From: Diplonema japonicum
Lineage: Eukaryota; Protista; Euglenozoa: Diplonemea
Length of the DNA: 64,000 nucleotides
NCBI GenBank assembly: GCA_964019335.1
Contig: OZ025694.1
Span: forward strand, 1-64,000
Direction of reading: 5' to 3'
The notes beneath the pieces were generated by a model. It made no database searches, was not told the origin of the DNA, and saw nothing but the letters and a program-made list of their open reading frames with translations. Position 1 is the first letter of the stretch. The number at the start of each line of letters is the position of its first letter. A program made the position numbers and the translations under genes. This document shows positions 45,767-57,376 of this stretch, piece by piece.

Positions 45767-48700
45767 ATGGGCGAACATGACAAAGAGAAGAAAGAGTCCA
45801 CACGGCTGAAGGTCTTCGCGAGAGTACGACCGGCATTTGAAGGAGAGTTCGACAAGGGGGCGTACAACGTACTGGAGCTACGAGACGACAAGAAAGGGAT
45901 CTCCCTGCGGGACCGTACCTACGAATTCGACGAGGTCTTCCCAGGGGGCACAGAACAGGAAGAGATATTCAACAAGGTGGCGAAGCCCACCATTGACAAC
46001 GCATTCGAAGGGTTCACAGGAACTGTCTTCGTCTACGGCCAGACCGGGACAGGCAAAACACACACCATGTCAAACAGAGCAGCGGAGACCAGGCATCAAG
46101 GCATCATCCCACGGGCGATCTCATATCTGTTTGAGAGGATATCCAACGATGCTAGCCATACATACAGCCTCACTATGCAGTATCTGCAGCTTTACCGTGA
46201 CAATCTTCAAGACCTGCAGTCCCCCGACACCCCCTTCCTGAAGCTGGAGAATTCACCCGACGGTGGGACGCGCATCAATGGTGTGAGCACGTCACCCCCC
46301 ATCACCTCTGTCGACCACTTCTTCGAGGTGTACGATGCTGCAGACGCGAACCGTGTCGTTGCGGAGACCATGATGAACAAGCAGAGCAGCCGTGGGCACA
46401 GCGTGCTGACGCTCTTCTTGAAACGTGAGAGCGAAGGGAACCTTATCCCCGCCCTCAACGGAAAGCTCGTCTTTGTTGACCTTGCCGGCTACGAACGTAT
46501 CAAGAAGACCATGATCACCGATGAAATCCGCAAGCACGAGGCACAGGCGATCAACCTCAGCCTCAGCGCCCTCGCAACATGCATCGCTGCCATCACTGCC
46601 AAGGCCACACACATCCCATTCCGAAATTCCCGCCTCACCCGTATCCTCTACGACTCGCTCGTGGGGAACTCCGTCACCAGCGTCATCATCACGATGGGCC
46701 CCTCATCCTTCCACACCACAGAGACCGTCAACACCCTTTACTTCGGCCACAACGCCATTCAGTGCAAGACCTCTGTCCAGCGTGACACAGGTCCTGTAAA
46801 CTGGCAGAAGGAGGCCCTCCAATGGAAGCAGCGCGCCACCGGGCTCTCCTCGCAAGTTACTCAACTGGAAACAGAGAACACGCTCCTCCTGGACAAGTTG
46901 GCCAACTTTGACGGGTCGGGCGACAACGGTGCTCTGTCTTCCGTGACTGCTGTGAGCCAGCGCGACCTGAGCAGGCTGAAATCTGGGATCAAAGACAACC
47001 AAGGGCTTGAAAAGTTGCTAGAAGAACTGGAAAAGACGAAGCTTGAGCTTGCCGAGTCGAGTGTTCTTGTGCGAAACGCAGAAGAGGAGACTGAAGAGGC
47101 TAGGGTTGCAACGGAAGAGATGAGCTGGCTGCTGGAGCAAGAGAGGTCACGTGTTGTGAACACCGAAGCGAGCGAGATCGAGCTTAACCGCCAGGTAGAG
47201 CTGCTGCGACAGCAGCTCGCGGTCGTCACTGAGCAGCTGGATATCGCTGACACGCAGCTCTCGCAGCTGGTGCCGCAGGAAGAGTTCAGCCCCACATCGA
47301 TTCCCAGCATCACCATTACTGGTACTATCCATGAGCGGGCCCATGAGAAGGGAGTCAGCATCAAGCCTGTGTACATAGCATACGACACTGACAAGTACCT
47401 CATGTGGTCTGATCTTGTCGAGTCGGAGCTCAAGCGCGATGAGGTAAAGGCCACCGAGCACGACAGGTCCCACTGGTACGTCTCGGTGCCCCACATGGCG
47501 AGGTTCGTTGCCGACGACCGCCGTGAGCTCAAGGCACCGTACATGCAGTACCGGTCACCAGAGAGGACACACTCAGCACAGTCACCCGCACGGGAAACCC
47601 ATGGTAAGGTGCGCATCGAAGGCAGTCCACATGTGATGAGCACCTTAGCTTGCGTAGTAGACACAACCGTGCTGCCCGACACGCACGAGGTGGCCTGGGA
47701 AGCAAGTGACAACGGCTTTGACTTTAGAGCGCTCCCGCTCGCAACGGAGGCAACCTTCTACGTCACTGGAAGTCTGGTGCATAAGTACATCCGTGCGTGC
47801 GTGAAATGGATGGACAAGAGACAGTACAGCAGCCTAGTTTTCGTGAACATCCCACAAGAGCTGGACGACCAGCTGCAGCAGTTCGTCTTGCAGGGAGGTG
47901 CGCTGTTCGAGGTGGAGCGTGACAAGGTGAAGACCAGCCTCGCGGTGGAGTGCGGTGGTCACATAATCGTGACGAACGAGGACGAGGTCGGCTTTGACGT
48001 GTCAACGGTGTCGCTGCGGGCTGCGGGGGGCGAAGGGGCGATCCTGGTTGGTGGGGGGAGGGAGGCGCAAGTGGTTGCGAAATCGCAGAGGGACCGCGAG
48101 CTCATCCTGCTTACGGTGAAGCTGTTTAAGGTGTTGAGGACAGGGCACATCGCAGAGTGGATGCTGGGAGACGCGGCACGACAGTGGCTGGACGGGTCTT
48201 GGCTTCGGGGGAAGGACATAGCTGACAGGATGACACTACAGCCACGCTTGCGTGCTGCTTCAAAAAGTGGGCATTGGAGTTCAGGTATTCAATCGCCCAC
48301 TAAGCGAGCCGGAGGGAAGTCTACCTTCATGTACAGAGCGGAGGAACTCCTGGACCCACCGTCGGTGGGGGTTGTTGTTCCTGCACCCAGCACGTCCATC
48401 ACAGGCATCACCACCGCACCCCCGTCGCCTTTTAAGAAGGACACGGTACTTCTGGAACAGAAGCAGAGTTTCCACAGCCCGTGCAGCACTAATGTTGCTT
48501 CTAATGTCGCTTCATTGGCCTCTCCTGTATTCAGTCCAAGCAGCATGACGCTCGGGCAACAACGTGGCACACCTGTGTCCACCTCTAGACATGTAAGGAG
48601 AGGCAACATCTACCAAGTACCTCAGAACAGTGTTGGGCCGCGCAAGATGTCGATGATGCAGCAGAAACGGAACAGCGTGCCACTGAGTGCAATTACTTTG

Positions 48701-48841
48701 AAGGCCAACGACTACCTCACCGCCAATGAGGTCTGCAGTGTCGGGTCCTCAGACGATACACAGATCGTAACCCAGCAGAGGCAGTCCACACGCTCCGTGC
48801 AGATCGCACACGATGTGGAGATCTTCAACAAGTCACAATAG
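45767..48841 (+). CDS. N-terminal-motor kinesin with coiled coil and long C-terminal tail
   Basis: KVFARVRP, GQTGTGKTHTM (P-loop), NKQSSRGH, FVDLAGYER and HIPFRNSRLTRIL. First ATG at 45767 follows an acceptor. Confidence 0.93.
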   Translation: MGEHDKEKKESTRLKVFARVRPAFEGEFDKGAYNVLELRDDKKGISLRDRTYEFDEVFPGGTEQEEIFNKVAKPTIDNAFEGFTGTVFVYGQTGTGKTHTMSNRAAETRHQGIIPRAISYLFERISNDASHTYSLTMQYLQLYRDNLQDLQSPDTPFLKLENSPDGGTRINGVSTSPPITSVDHFFEVYDAADANRVVAETMMNKQSSRGHSVLTLFLKRESEGNLIPALNGKLVFVDLAGYERIKKTMITDEIRKHEAQAINLSLSALATCIAAITAKATHIPFRNSRLTRILYDSLVGNSVTSVIITMGPSSFHTTETVNTLYFGHNAIQCKTSVQRDTGPVNWQKEALQWKQRATGLSSQVTQLETENTLLLDKLANFDGSGDNGALSSVTAVSQRDLSRLKSGIKDNQGLEKLLEELEKTKLELAESSVLVRNAEEETEEARVATEEMSWLLEQERSRVVNTEASEIELNRQVELLRQQLAVVTEQLDIADTQLSQLVPQEEFSPTSIPSITITGTIHERAHEKGVSIKPVYIAYDTDKYLMWSDLVESELKRDEVKATEHDRSHWYVSVPHMARFVADDRRELKAPYMQYRSPERTHSAQSPARETHGKVRIEGSPHVMSTLACVVDTTVLPDTHEVAWEASDNGFDFRALPLATEATFYVTGSLVHKYIRACVKWMDKRQYSSLVFVNIPQELDDQLQQFVLQGGALFEVERDKVKTSLAVECGGHIIVTNEDEVGFDVSTVSLRAAGGEGAILVGGGREAQVVAKSQRDRELILLTVKLFKVLRTGHIAEWMLGDAARQWLDGSWLRGKDIADRMTLQPRLRAASKSGHWSSGIQSPTKRAGGKSTFMYRAEELLDPPSVGVVVPAPSTSITGITTAPPSPFKKDTVLLEQKQSFHSPCSTNVASNVASLASPVFSPSSMTLGQQRGTPVSTSRHVRRGNIYQVPQNSVGPRKMSMMQQKRNSVPLSAITLKANDYLTANEVCSVGSSDDTQIVTQQRQSTRSVQIAHDVEIFNKSQ

Positions 48842-48951
48842 AATACATATGAACACATTGTCTAGTTAGTTAGTACACCTCAATGTTCTCCCCTTTAAAA
48901 TTTTAATTCATTACTGCAGCACATCATAGGTAGTGTCAACAGTACACCAAG

Positions 48952-50612
48952 ATGGGTATCACACAGTCTATGGATTTGAAGCAGGAGATCCTTGATCTCG
49001 TGGAGTATGGCTTACACAACCATCACACAACACAGGGGAGACACCCTCGACTTCAAAGCGGTGTCTGATGTTCTCTTGAGTTACGAAGAATTAGATTCCG
49101 GGCTTGTTGCCCAAGCGCATGAGTGGGTATGCCGCCCTGAGTCACACATGCACACAGCTTTCTCTGCAAGAGACGGGGAGCTTGGAGGATCTGCTGAACC
49201 TCGACAATGAGGCGGTATGCTGAGCAAGGCAAGCAAACAAACAAACAAACAACAGTTCACTGCGCTGTGCGGCAGCGAGAGTCCTGAGGACGTAAGAGCC
49301 GAGATTTTCAATGCGTTCGATACTGAGGAAGTGGAGGAGTTTGAGGAGGTGGAAGAAGTGGAAGAAGTGGAGGAGGTTGACGACAGCCCCCCTCCCCCTC
49401 CCGCTGAGGAGGAAACTGCTGCTGAAGAGCCCACACAAGAGGAGGTTGCTGAAGAAGAAGTAGAGGCGGAAGCGGAGGCGGAAGTAGAGGCTGAGGCTGA
49501 GGCTGAGGTTGAGGCTGAACCTGAAGCTGAAGTTGAGGAAGAAGTTGAGGCTGAGGCTGAGGTAGAAGCCGAGGCTGAACCTGAGGCTGAAGCTGAGGTG
49601 GAAGCTGAGGCTGAGGCTGAGGCTGAGGCTGAAGCTGAAGCTGAGGAAGAAGTTGAGGCTGAGGCTGAAGCTGAAGCTGAGGAAGAAGGTGAGGCTGAGG
49701 CTGAGGCTGAGGTTGAGGCTGAGGCTGAGGCTGAGGCTGAGGTTGAGGCCGAGGAAGAAGTTGAAGCTGAAGCTGAGGCTGTGGAAGCAGAGGCCGAAGA
49801 GGAGCGTGAAGCCGAAAATGAGGAGGAAGCCGAGGCGGAGCGTGAAACCGAAGTTGAGCCTGAGGCGGAAGCCGAGGCCGAAGAAGAAGAGGCAGAAGCC
49901 GATGCCGAAGTTGAAGAAGAAGCCCAAGAAGAGGAAGCAGCCGAGGCACAGGAGGAAGAGGTTGAGGAAGTTCAGGAGGAAGAGGAGGAGCTTCAGGAGG
50001 AAGAGGACGAGAAGCCGAAGAAGTGGCAGAACAGGGACCCAGAGGCAGACAGAGAACTCGGGTTCAGGTTCCCGACAGCAGACACGGAGAATGCACCGTC
50101 CAGGTACACAGACGAGGAGCTGAGGGAGGTCTTCAGCATGTTTGACGTAGACGGCAGCAATGAGATCGATGCGTACGAGTTCAGGATGGTGCTGCAGGGC
50201 TTCGGGATGGACTACGATGACGAGCACTACGAGAAGCTCTTCCACGAGATCGACGAGGACGGCAGTGGGGCCGTCTCCTTCGATGAGTTCACTGCTCTGA
50301 TGAGGGCAAACACAGACGCCCCCAACTCGGCGGAAGAGATCAAGAAGGTCTTCCAGCTGTATGACAAGAGTGGGGCCGGTGAACTGACTGTGCCTGACAT
50401 CTACGAGGCTGTTGCCTCCCTCGACCCGCGCATCACAGAGGACGAGGTGGCCGAAGTGGTCCGTTTCTGTGGGGCTGACAACGTTATGACTCTTGAGCAC
50501 CTGACTGAGGTATGTAGTTATGTGAAAGAACGAGAATTGACACAAATAGGTTACCCTCACTGTTGCCAACTACCCCACCAAGGTCCAGCAGAGATTCGGG
50601 GTCCTGAACTAA
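48952..50612 (+). CDS. Glu/Ala-rich protein with a C-terminal calmodulin/centrin-like EF-hand domain; exons 48952-49004, 49036-49126, 49158-49214, 49256-50509, 50550-50612
   Basis: Four GTATG...AG introns (31, 31, 41, 40 nt) join into a single frame starting MGITQS. EF loops DVDGSNEIDAYE and DEDGSGAVSFDE. Confidence 0.8.
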
Positions 50613-51092
50613 AAAAGAAAAGATGGATTTAGGAAAAAAGAATAATTTAAAGAAAAAAAAAATAGTTTGATGAAGTGTTTCTCCCCCCCCCCCCCCCCCC
50701 CCCTCCCTTCTCTTTGTGAATCCGGTGAAAAAACTTTTTTGTTTTTCTTTTTCTTTCCCCTCTTCCTTTCTCATTTTCCCCCCCGCCCACTTTTTTTTGC
50801 TTCGGGGGGCGGGGGGGTTATCCGATTTTCTTCTTTATCTGTTGTCCCCTTCCTGCGAGCATCTCCCTTGACAGTCAAAAGATGAAAAAAAAAAGTTTAT
50901 TCCCTGTTTTTTCCTGCTTCCTCCGCTTGTACTGTTCCCCCCTTTAAACTGTTGCCCACCCACACGTATTCACCCCGCCCCTTCCCCATGTCCCTCCACC
51001 ACCCTCGTTTTCTCTTTTTTTTTTTTCTTTTACTTTTTCCGTAATTTTTCCGGCAAAAAATGGTAATTTAAAAAAAAAAAAGATTTCCAATA

Positions 51093-51134
<42 letters not shown>

Positions 51135-51137
<3 letters not shown>

Positions 51138-51611
51138 CCGAAGAAGGAGTTAGAGCCCTGGATGCTGAACATTGCCGCAAGGGTGCAAAGCCTGGTGATT
51201 GAGAACAAAGGGGCAGCGGTGCTTCCTGCGACACATCCTTATGGCGCTTTCGTCAGTGCAAGTGTGCCAGAGATTAGCATAGCTGAGTATATCAATGCAA
51301 GTTACAAGGCCGCAGTATATTGCAAGCTCCAACACCCTATGCAGTGTTGGGAGGCCGCCTTACTGCTGGTTGAGCGGCTGCCGCAGAAAGTAGTTTCTGA
51401 CTTCACAGTGCATAGGTTGCTCCTCACCGCCTACCTGATAGGGATGAAACTCACATCTGACAAGATAATAACAAACAAGGTTATTGCACTCTACGGGGGC
51501 GTTACCATGAAAGAACTGAACACCCTGGAGCGCCTTTTCCTTGTTGCTATTGACTTTAAAGTAAACATTACCCGTAGCCAGTACCGGTCACTGTGGGTCT
51601 ATCGTATTTAA
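51135..51611 (+). CDS. PHO80-like (CYC2-type) cyclin
   Basis: PEISIAEY, TVHRLLLTA..IGMK..SD, NK.IA.YGGV...ELN.LE..FL..IDF. Confidence 0.85.
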
Positions 51612-51870
51612 GTTTTTTTTTTTTTTTTTTTGAAGAAAAAGAGAACCAAAAAGAAAAAAAAAAAAGAAAAAAAAAAGAAGCCCTCCTTTATCTCTTATAT
51701 ATTTTCTTTTATTATTCCCTCTCTTTACTAGAGGAGCTTCTTTTCTTTTTCTTTTTTTTTTCTCTTTTTTTTTCTTCTTGTTTTTTTTTCTTTTTTTTTT
51801 TTTTTTTTTTTTCATTTCATTTTTTTTGTTTCCTCCCGTATTTAACAAGTACTGCTCAGTTTCGGTTGAA

Positions 51871-51905
<35 letters not shown>

Positions 51906-53094
51906 GGTTGCATACAGTACTTAGAATTTGTACTGTGTGTATACACAAGCAAGTTTTCTTTTTTTTTCTTCTTCTTCTTTTTCATAATTCTTTTTTTTTT
52001 TTTCTCCTATCTCTTTTTATTCCCCCCACTTTTTTTTTTTTTAGTCCCCAAGAAGGTTACAAAGGTAGTTTGTCCCGATCTTTTCCCCCTTCTCCCCCCT
52101 CTTTTGTTTTAACAAAAAAAGGGGGGGGGGTACTCCCAGGGAACAATAAAAAACTTTTTTTTTTCTCTGGCGTCAGTGTTCCCCCCATTGTGGCACCTTC
52201 TAGGGAGGAATGCCCGACCCGGGAACACCTCTGCTAGGGGCGCAGATGTTCAATTTTTCCTTCCGTCTTTTCGAATTGAACGGAACAGTTAAAAAAAAAA
52301 AAAAAATGAAACGGGAGCAGGCGCAAAAAAAGGTTCTTTTGTTTTAACAATCCTTGTCGAGACTATGTGGCAGCGCAATGAGTAATTTTAATTAGGTAAG
52401 GAAAAGAAAAAAAAAAAAAAAAAGAGGGAGAAGCGGGCTTGGTCTTTCTTTCTGCTTCTTTTTTTGACGGTAAAAAAAAAGTATATAGACCGCACTCTTC
52501 CTCTCGCCTTTGTCTGTTTCTTCTTTTTTTTATTTTACTTGTTTACTTATTTTTATGCCAGCTGTTTGGTGCATCTGGTGGTCAACTAACACATCGGGAG
52601 GGGGGTTTTTTTCTTCTTCTTCTTCTCCTCTTCTTCCTGCATCAGTATTGGTACACAAACAAGCCTAGTTTTTCTTATTTTTTTCATACCCCTCCCCCAA
52701 TCTAATTAACCTTATTCCCTTTTCTCCTCTCCTTTATTTACACAACTAGTGCCCCCCCCCCCCCCCATCCCCTTCCCATTATCTTCTCACCCTTGCTTTG
52801 CTTATACTTTATTTGCCTTCAGCAGCAGTGTGGTTTGGCCAATGCCGCGCGAGAGCAAGGAATTCTTTTTCTTCTTTTCCTTATGTCTTTCTCCCCCCCC
52901 CCCCCCCCCCCCCGAAAGAATGCGCCATATTCACCCACACAACATGCATATAGGGGTCAAAAAGCCCGGAGTTAGCCCGGAGTATTTTCCGTAAAACGAC
53001 TAGTTTCTTTTGGGTAGATTCAGTACCCCGCACGACGGATCACGGGAAGCAGAAAAAAAAACGAAAAAGAACGGGGAAAAAAAAAAAAAAAAAA

Positions 53095-54033
53095 ATGAAA
53101 AAGATATTTCTCTCGACTTCCATCAAAGAAGTCCCCGTGCTGCTGGCAGACGGGCTGAAGCAACGCGGCCTCTTGGACAGGGTCGAGATGACACAGGACA
53201 TAAGCCAGGCAGAGGTCGTGGTCGGTGACCCCGGACTGCTCATTGACCTGTTGGATAAAATGGAAAATACTAAATGGGTCCAGAGCACGTGGGCAGGCGT
53301 CAATAAACTCTACTCCAACGGTACCTGCCTGCTGACCAACGTCCTCATAACACGCGCAGAAGGCTTGTTTGGAGAAAACATGGCAGAGTACGTCATGGGA
53401 CAGATCTTATGGAAAGAAAGGAGATTCGAGGACGCGAAAGGCTTTCAAAGCCGTTCCGAATGGAAAGAAACTAACTACTTCCGAGAATGCAGAAGGCTGA
53501 AAGACCTCACTCTTGGTATCTTGGGGTATGGGAACATCGGCAAAAAGGTGGCAGAGGCCGCTGGCGTATTCGGAATGCGTGTCATCGGCCTGACCAGAGC
53601 ATCTTCACCCGATCCACCTCACAACGTAAAAGTGACACACTCCGTGCAGGACGTTCTTGAAAACTCTGATTATGTCTTGAACCTCCTCCCGGAGACGACT
53701 GCTACGGTTGGGCTTCTTACCAAAGAGGTGCTGTCTCGCACGGTGCGGTCCCCTGTTTTTATAAACTGCGGTCGTGGGTCTGTCCTGACAGAGGCGGAGC
53801 TTTTGTCGTCTTTGGAGGCCGGTTTCCTCTCTGCCGCGGTGCTTGATGTGTTCTCTGCAGAACCCTTACCCCGTGACTCGCCCCTGTGGACCCACCCCCG
53901 GGTGTCAATCACCCCCCACATCTCTGCCCTCACGTTGCCCCCCGACATCGTCGGCCTCTTCCTTGACAACCTCGAACGCTACCTCCATGGGGGCTCCCTG
54001 ATGGCACAGGTCAACTTGGATGCTGGGTACTAG
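53095..54033 (+). CDS. D-isomer-specific 2-hydroxyacid dehydrogenase (glyoxylate/hydroxypyruvate reductase A-like)
   Basis: WVQSTWAGVN, MAEYV, GILGYGNIG, LPETTAT, INCGRG, AVLDVF..EPLP.DSPLW.HP...ITPHISA. Confidence 0.92.
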   Translation: MKKIFLSTSIKEVPVLLADGLKQRGLLDRVEMTQDISQAEVVVGDPGLLIDLLDKMENTKWVQSTWAGVNKLYSNGTCLLTNVLITRAEGLFGENMAEYVMGQILWKERRFEDAKGFQSRSEWKETNYFRECRRLKDLTLGILGYGNIGKKVAEAAGVFGMRVIGLTRASSPDPPHNVKVTHSVQDVLENSDYVLNLLPETTATVGLLTKEVLSRTVRSPVFINCGRGSVLTEAELLSSLEAGFLSAAVLDVFSAEPLPRDSPLWTHPRVSITPHISALTLPPDIVGLFLDNLERYLHGGSLMAQVNLDAGY

Positions 54034-54121
54034 TGAGTTTTTTTTTTTCTCTCTTTTTTTCTTCTTCTCTCTCCCCCAGCCGAAAAGAGGGGGAGGGGGG
54101 AAAGAGAAAAAAAAAAAAAAA

Positions 54122-54853
54122 ATGCCCAAAAAAAAAAAAGACACCCCGAGCATCGCCGAAAAAGGTGAGAAGGAGTATTGGAAGGGAAGCAGCGAGAAGA
54201 CCGACACGCTGCAAAAACTGCACAAGAAGATGAAGTGGGCGGCACCGGGTTACGGGGCGGGGCTGGAGGCCCAGGACGTCGTCGAGGAACAGCCTGGACT
54301 GATCCTAGTGGTGGAGGACTTCCTCACAGGGGGCGAATGTGCAAACATGATCGAGGCGATGCAGGCAGCAGGGCTGAACACATCGACAAAGTCGGATCTC
54401 ACTCCAAAGAAGGGAGAAGCATTCTTGGACAGGCACAACTTGACCTTCACAGACCCACATTTATCTGAAATCCTGTGGGAGAGGCTTGCCCCGCAACTAC
54501 CTGACTACCAAGGAAGGCAGCCCACAGGCTTCAACCCTTCTTTCCGATACTACTGTTACGAGAAGGGCCAGCGCTTTGGCGAGCACGTGGACACATCGGT
54601 AAGGATGCCCACCAGTGTCTCAGAGTACACACTTCTCATCTATCTCAACTCAGAAGGTGAGTACGACCTGCTAGGCGGGGAAACTGTTTTCCATGCAACA
54701 AAGAAAAAAGTACTGCTGTCCTACACACCTAAAAGGGGAGCCCTGCTGCTTCATGCTCATGGGTCGCGCTGCTTGATGCACGAAGGGGCAGAGGTCCTCA
54801 AGGGGAAGAAGTTTGTCTTCCGAACTGATGTCATGTACGGGAAGGGGAAGTAA
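54122..54853 (+). CDS. Prolyl-4-hydroxylase-alpha-like Fe(II)/2-oxoglutarate dioxygenase
   Basis: FLTGGEC, FRYYCY..GQRFGEHVD (HxD), TLLIYLN, GGETVF, HEG..V..G.KFVFRTD. Confidence 0.88.
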   Translation: MPKKKKDTPSIAEKGEKEYWKGSSEKTDTLQKLHKKMKWAAPGYGAGLEAQDVVEEQPGLILVVEDFLTGGECANMIEAMQAAGLNTSTKSDLTPKKGEAFLDRHNLTFTDPHLSEILWERLAPQLPDYQGRQPTGFNPSFRYYCYEKGQRFGEHVDTSVRMPTSVSEYTLLIYLNSEGEYDLLGGETVFHATKKKVLLSYTPKRGALLLHAHGSRCLMHEGAEVLKGKKFVFRTDVMYGKGK

Positions 54854-54934
54854 ATCTTTTTCCTCCCCCCCCCCTTTCCGTACCTAAATAAAAACAGGGG
54901 AAAAAAAAAAAAAAAAAAAAGAAGAAGAAAAAAA

Positions 54935-55828
54935 ATGTTCGGGTCCACACTAGGTCCTTCAAAGGAGTTCCATGCGTTTCCAACATTCTCCATCTTTATG
55001 ATGTTGGGGTTTTGGGTGTTTGTAGCGTTGCTGATTTCCTGCCTTTCGGATCCTGCCAAGGAGAAGATGCAAACAGGCGGCGGGTGCAAGATTCCATTGT
55101 ACTTCCACTTCGTACCCTTGGGCGTCTTGTACATAGGGCTGCAGGCCAACAGCTACGGCAGGATGCTGCTCCTGAACAGCAGGATCACGACGAGCAAGGT
55201 CCGCGAGATGGTTGAGAAGCTTGCAAGGGAAAGGGCTAGGGTGTTCATGTGGGTTAAGTGCTACCAACTAACAAGGCGAGATGGCAAAGTTACGAGAACC
55301 AACCCCACACACGAAGCAGAAGAAGAGCTCATTCTTTCCTCCTATGAAGAGGTCTTCGCTCCTCTTGAGATCAATGAACACGAGCTCACACACCTGAAAA
55401 TCTGCCCAACAGTGATTTACGCCGACGAGCAGACAGAGTCCTTGGTTACCTCAAAGATGATGCGTTTCGCTATGATGAACAGAAACGACCTCTTCCAAGA
55501 TCAGGGGGTTGAATTGCGCATTCCCAGTCTGGACCGCAAGGATTGGCTCGTTACTGGTCCGAGAGCTTCAGGGTACCTGTGGGCCAATGGGTGGATCCTT
55601 TTGATCACCTCTGTTTTAGCTGTCGCGCCTGTCTACATTGCCATCCTTCACCTTGCTACTGCTCAAAGACGCCATCCTATCACGAAAAAGATTGGGATGC
55701 AGCCTGTCAATGCTGCGCCCGTGGTGGGTGTCCCTATGGGTGGAGTTCCTATGAGTGCAGCCCCTATGGGTGGAGTCCCTACGTTTCATATGCACATGAA
55801 CAGCACGGCGCCTGATCAGTGCGTGTGA
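54935..55828 (+). CDS. TMEM151-like membrane protein
   Basis: Two N-terminal TMs, VFMWVKCY...THEA...IYAD core, and a C-terminal TM, resembling the TMEM151 layout. Confidence 0.6.
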   Translation: MFGSTLGPSKEFHAFPTFSIFMMLGFWVFVALLISCLSDPAKEKMQTGGGCKIPLYFHFVPLGVLYIGLQANSYGRMLLLNSRITTSKVREMVEKLARERARVFMWVKCYQLTRRDGKVTRTNPTHEAEEELILSSYEEVFAPLEINEHELTHLKICPTVIYADEQTESLVTSKMMRFAMMNRNDLFQDQGVELRIPSLDRKDWLVTGPRASGYLWANGWILLITSVLAVAPVYIAILHLATAQRRHPITKKIGMQPVNAAPVVGVPMGGVPMSAAPMGGVPTFHMHMNSTAPDQCV

Positions 55829-55836
55829 GCTTTGGA

Positions 55837-55885
<49 letters not shown>

Positions 55886-56263
55886 TAGATTGGGTTTTTT
55901 TCCCCTCTTTCTTTCTTTTTTTTTTTTTTTGGCGGGTCGTTGTTGACCACTTCGTACTTATCATAGTGAATTCTTTTTCGTCTTGTTGTTTTTTACCCCC
56001 CCCCCCCCCAGAGAAGGATCCGGAACTGATATATCAGTCTTTTTAAAACAAAAAAAAGAAAGAAAAAAAAAAACTAGTTGATGGCTGGCGTAATGAGTAT
56101 TTTTTTATTAGGTAAAAAAATATCGCTCGTGCGCACAACACTAGTTCATTTTTTGTTTTTACAGCCAGTTCCCCTCTTTTAAATGTTGATTCTCATTTCT
56201 TTTCCCCTGGTTTTCTTTAAGTTCTCTTGTGAAACGCAACGGTGAGTCAAAATATCTTTTGGA

Positions 56264-56296
<33 letters not shown>

Positions 56297-56768
56297 TAGA
56301 AATAAAAAAGCAAATCGCAAGGGTACAGGAAACCAGGGGACTATTACCGTGGCAGTGGGTGTGTCCCCATCAGCCCTTCTTGTGGTTTTCTCCTCCCTCC
56401 CCCCCTTCCCCTGCTCTCTCTTTGGGACCCGATAGATATTACTTTTCTCTTGTATTTAGAGCAAAAAAGAGTAGTGGTATACAGTATTTATCTCAAGATT
56501 TATACTTCGCGTGCCTACGAATGCTTTTTTTTGTTCATCGAACCCCTTGGGCCGCTAAAGTGTGAGAAACGTAATCATACCCCCCCTGTCCCTCACATTC
56601 CTCCCATTGATATCCTTTTTTTTAATCCTTTTATTTCTTATTAAATCGAAAAATCTTCGTCATTTTTTTTTTTTTTTCCCCCCTTCCCAGATTGTTTAAG
56701 CAGTAGTTTCGTTTCAAAAGCAAGTGACGGACAGAAAGCATAGCGTTACTCAACGGGTTTGCAGAAGG

Positions 56769-56809
<41 letters not shown>

Positions 56810-57098
56810 AAGAGAGAAAACCACAGTCGATGGTAAAGCCAGACTCCCCCCCCCCCCCCCATCCTCTTTCTTATTTCCGAGCTTTCTTCGTTAATTTTTT
56901 TTCTTCTCTCATTTCTTTTTTTGTGAGTAGTTTGACGGACAGGTGCGAAGTACTTCATCCAAGAAGGTTCGTGGGGGGAGGGGGGAGGAAAAAAAAGAAA
57001 GAGCCTACTGGAAGCGAATATTTTTTTTCTTATATCCGAGTCTTTCTTTCCCCCCCCACCTTTTTTATCCCACGACCAGAAAACATTTTGTTATTGTT

Positions 57099-57129
<31 letters not shown>

Positions 57130-57376
57130 GAAAGAAAGCAAGCAGGTGGTTGCAAATACTGCTAAGTACTGTAAAGTGAAAAATGTCCGGAAGGAAAAAT
57201 GCCCAGACGGACAAACTCCCGGAGGGAGCAGCCGAAATTCTAGTAGTTCTTCTTTTTTTTTTCTCCCCCCTCTTTCTTTCTTCTCCCCCCCCCCCCCCCC
57301 ATAAATCACACCCCCCCCCCCCCAACCAGGACACGTTTTGTTTTAAATCCGTATCAGAACAAAAAAAAATCAAATC

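Noticed and set aside
49142-50569. 475-aa minus-strand Leu/Ser-repeat ORF
   Set aside because: Reverse complement of the gaggct repeat in the EF-hand gene.
51593-52237. Poly-Phe/poly-Lys ORFs here and throughout intergenic DNA
   Set aside because: Artefacts of A/T homopolymers lacking stop codons.
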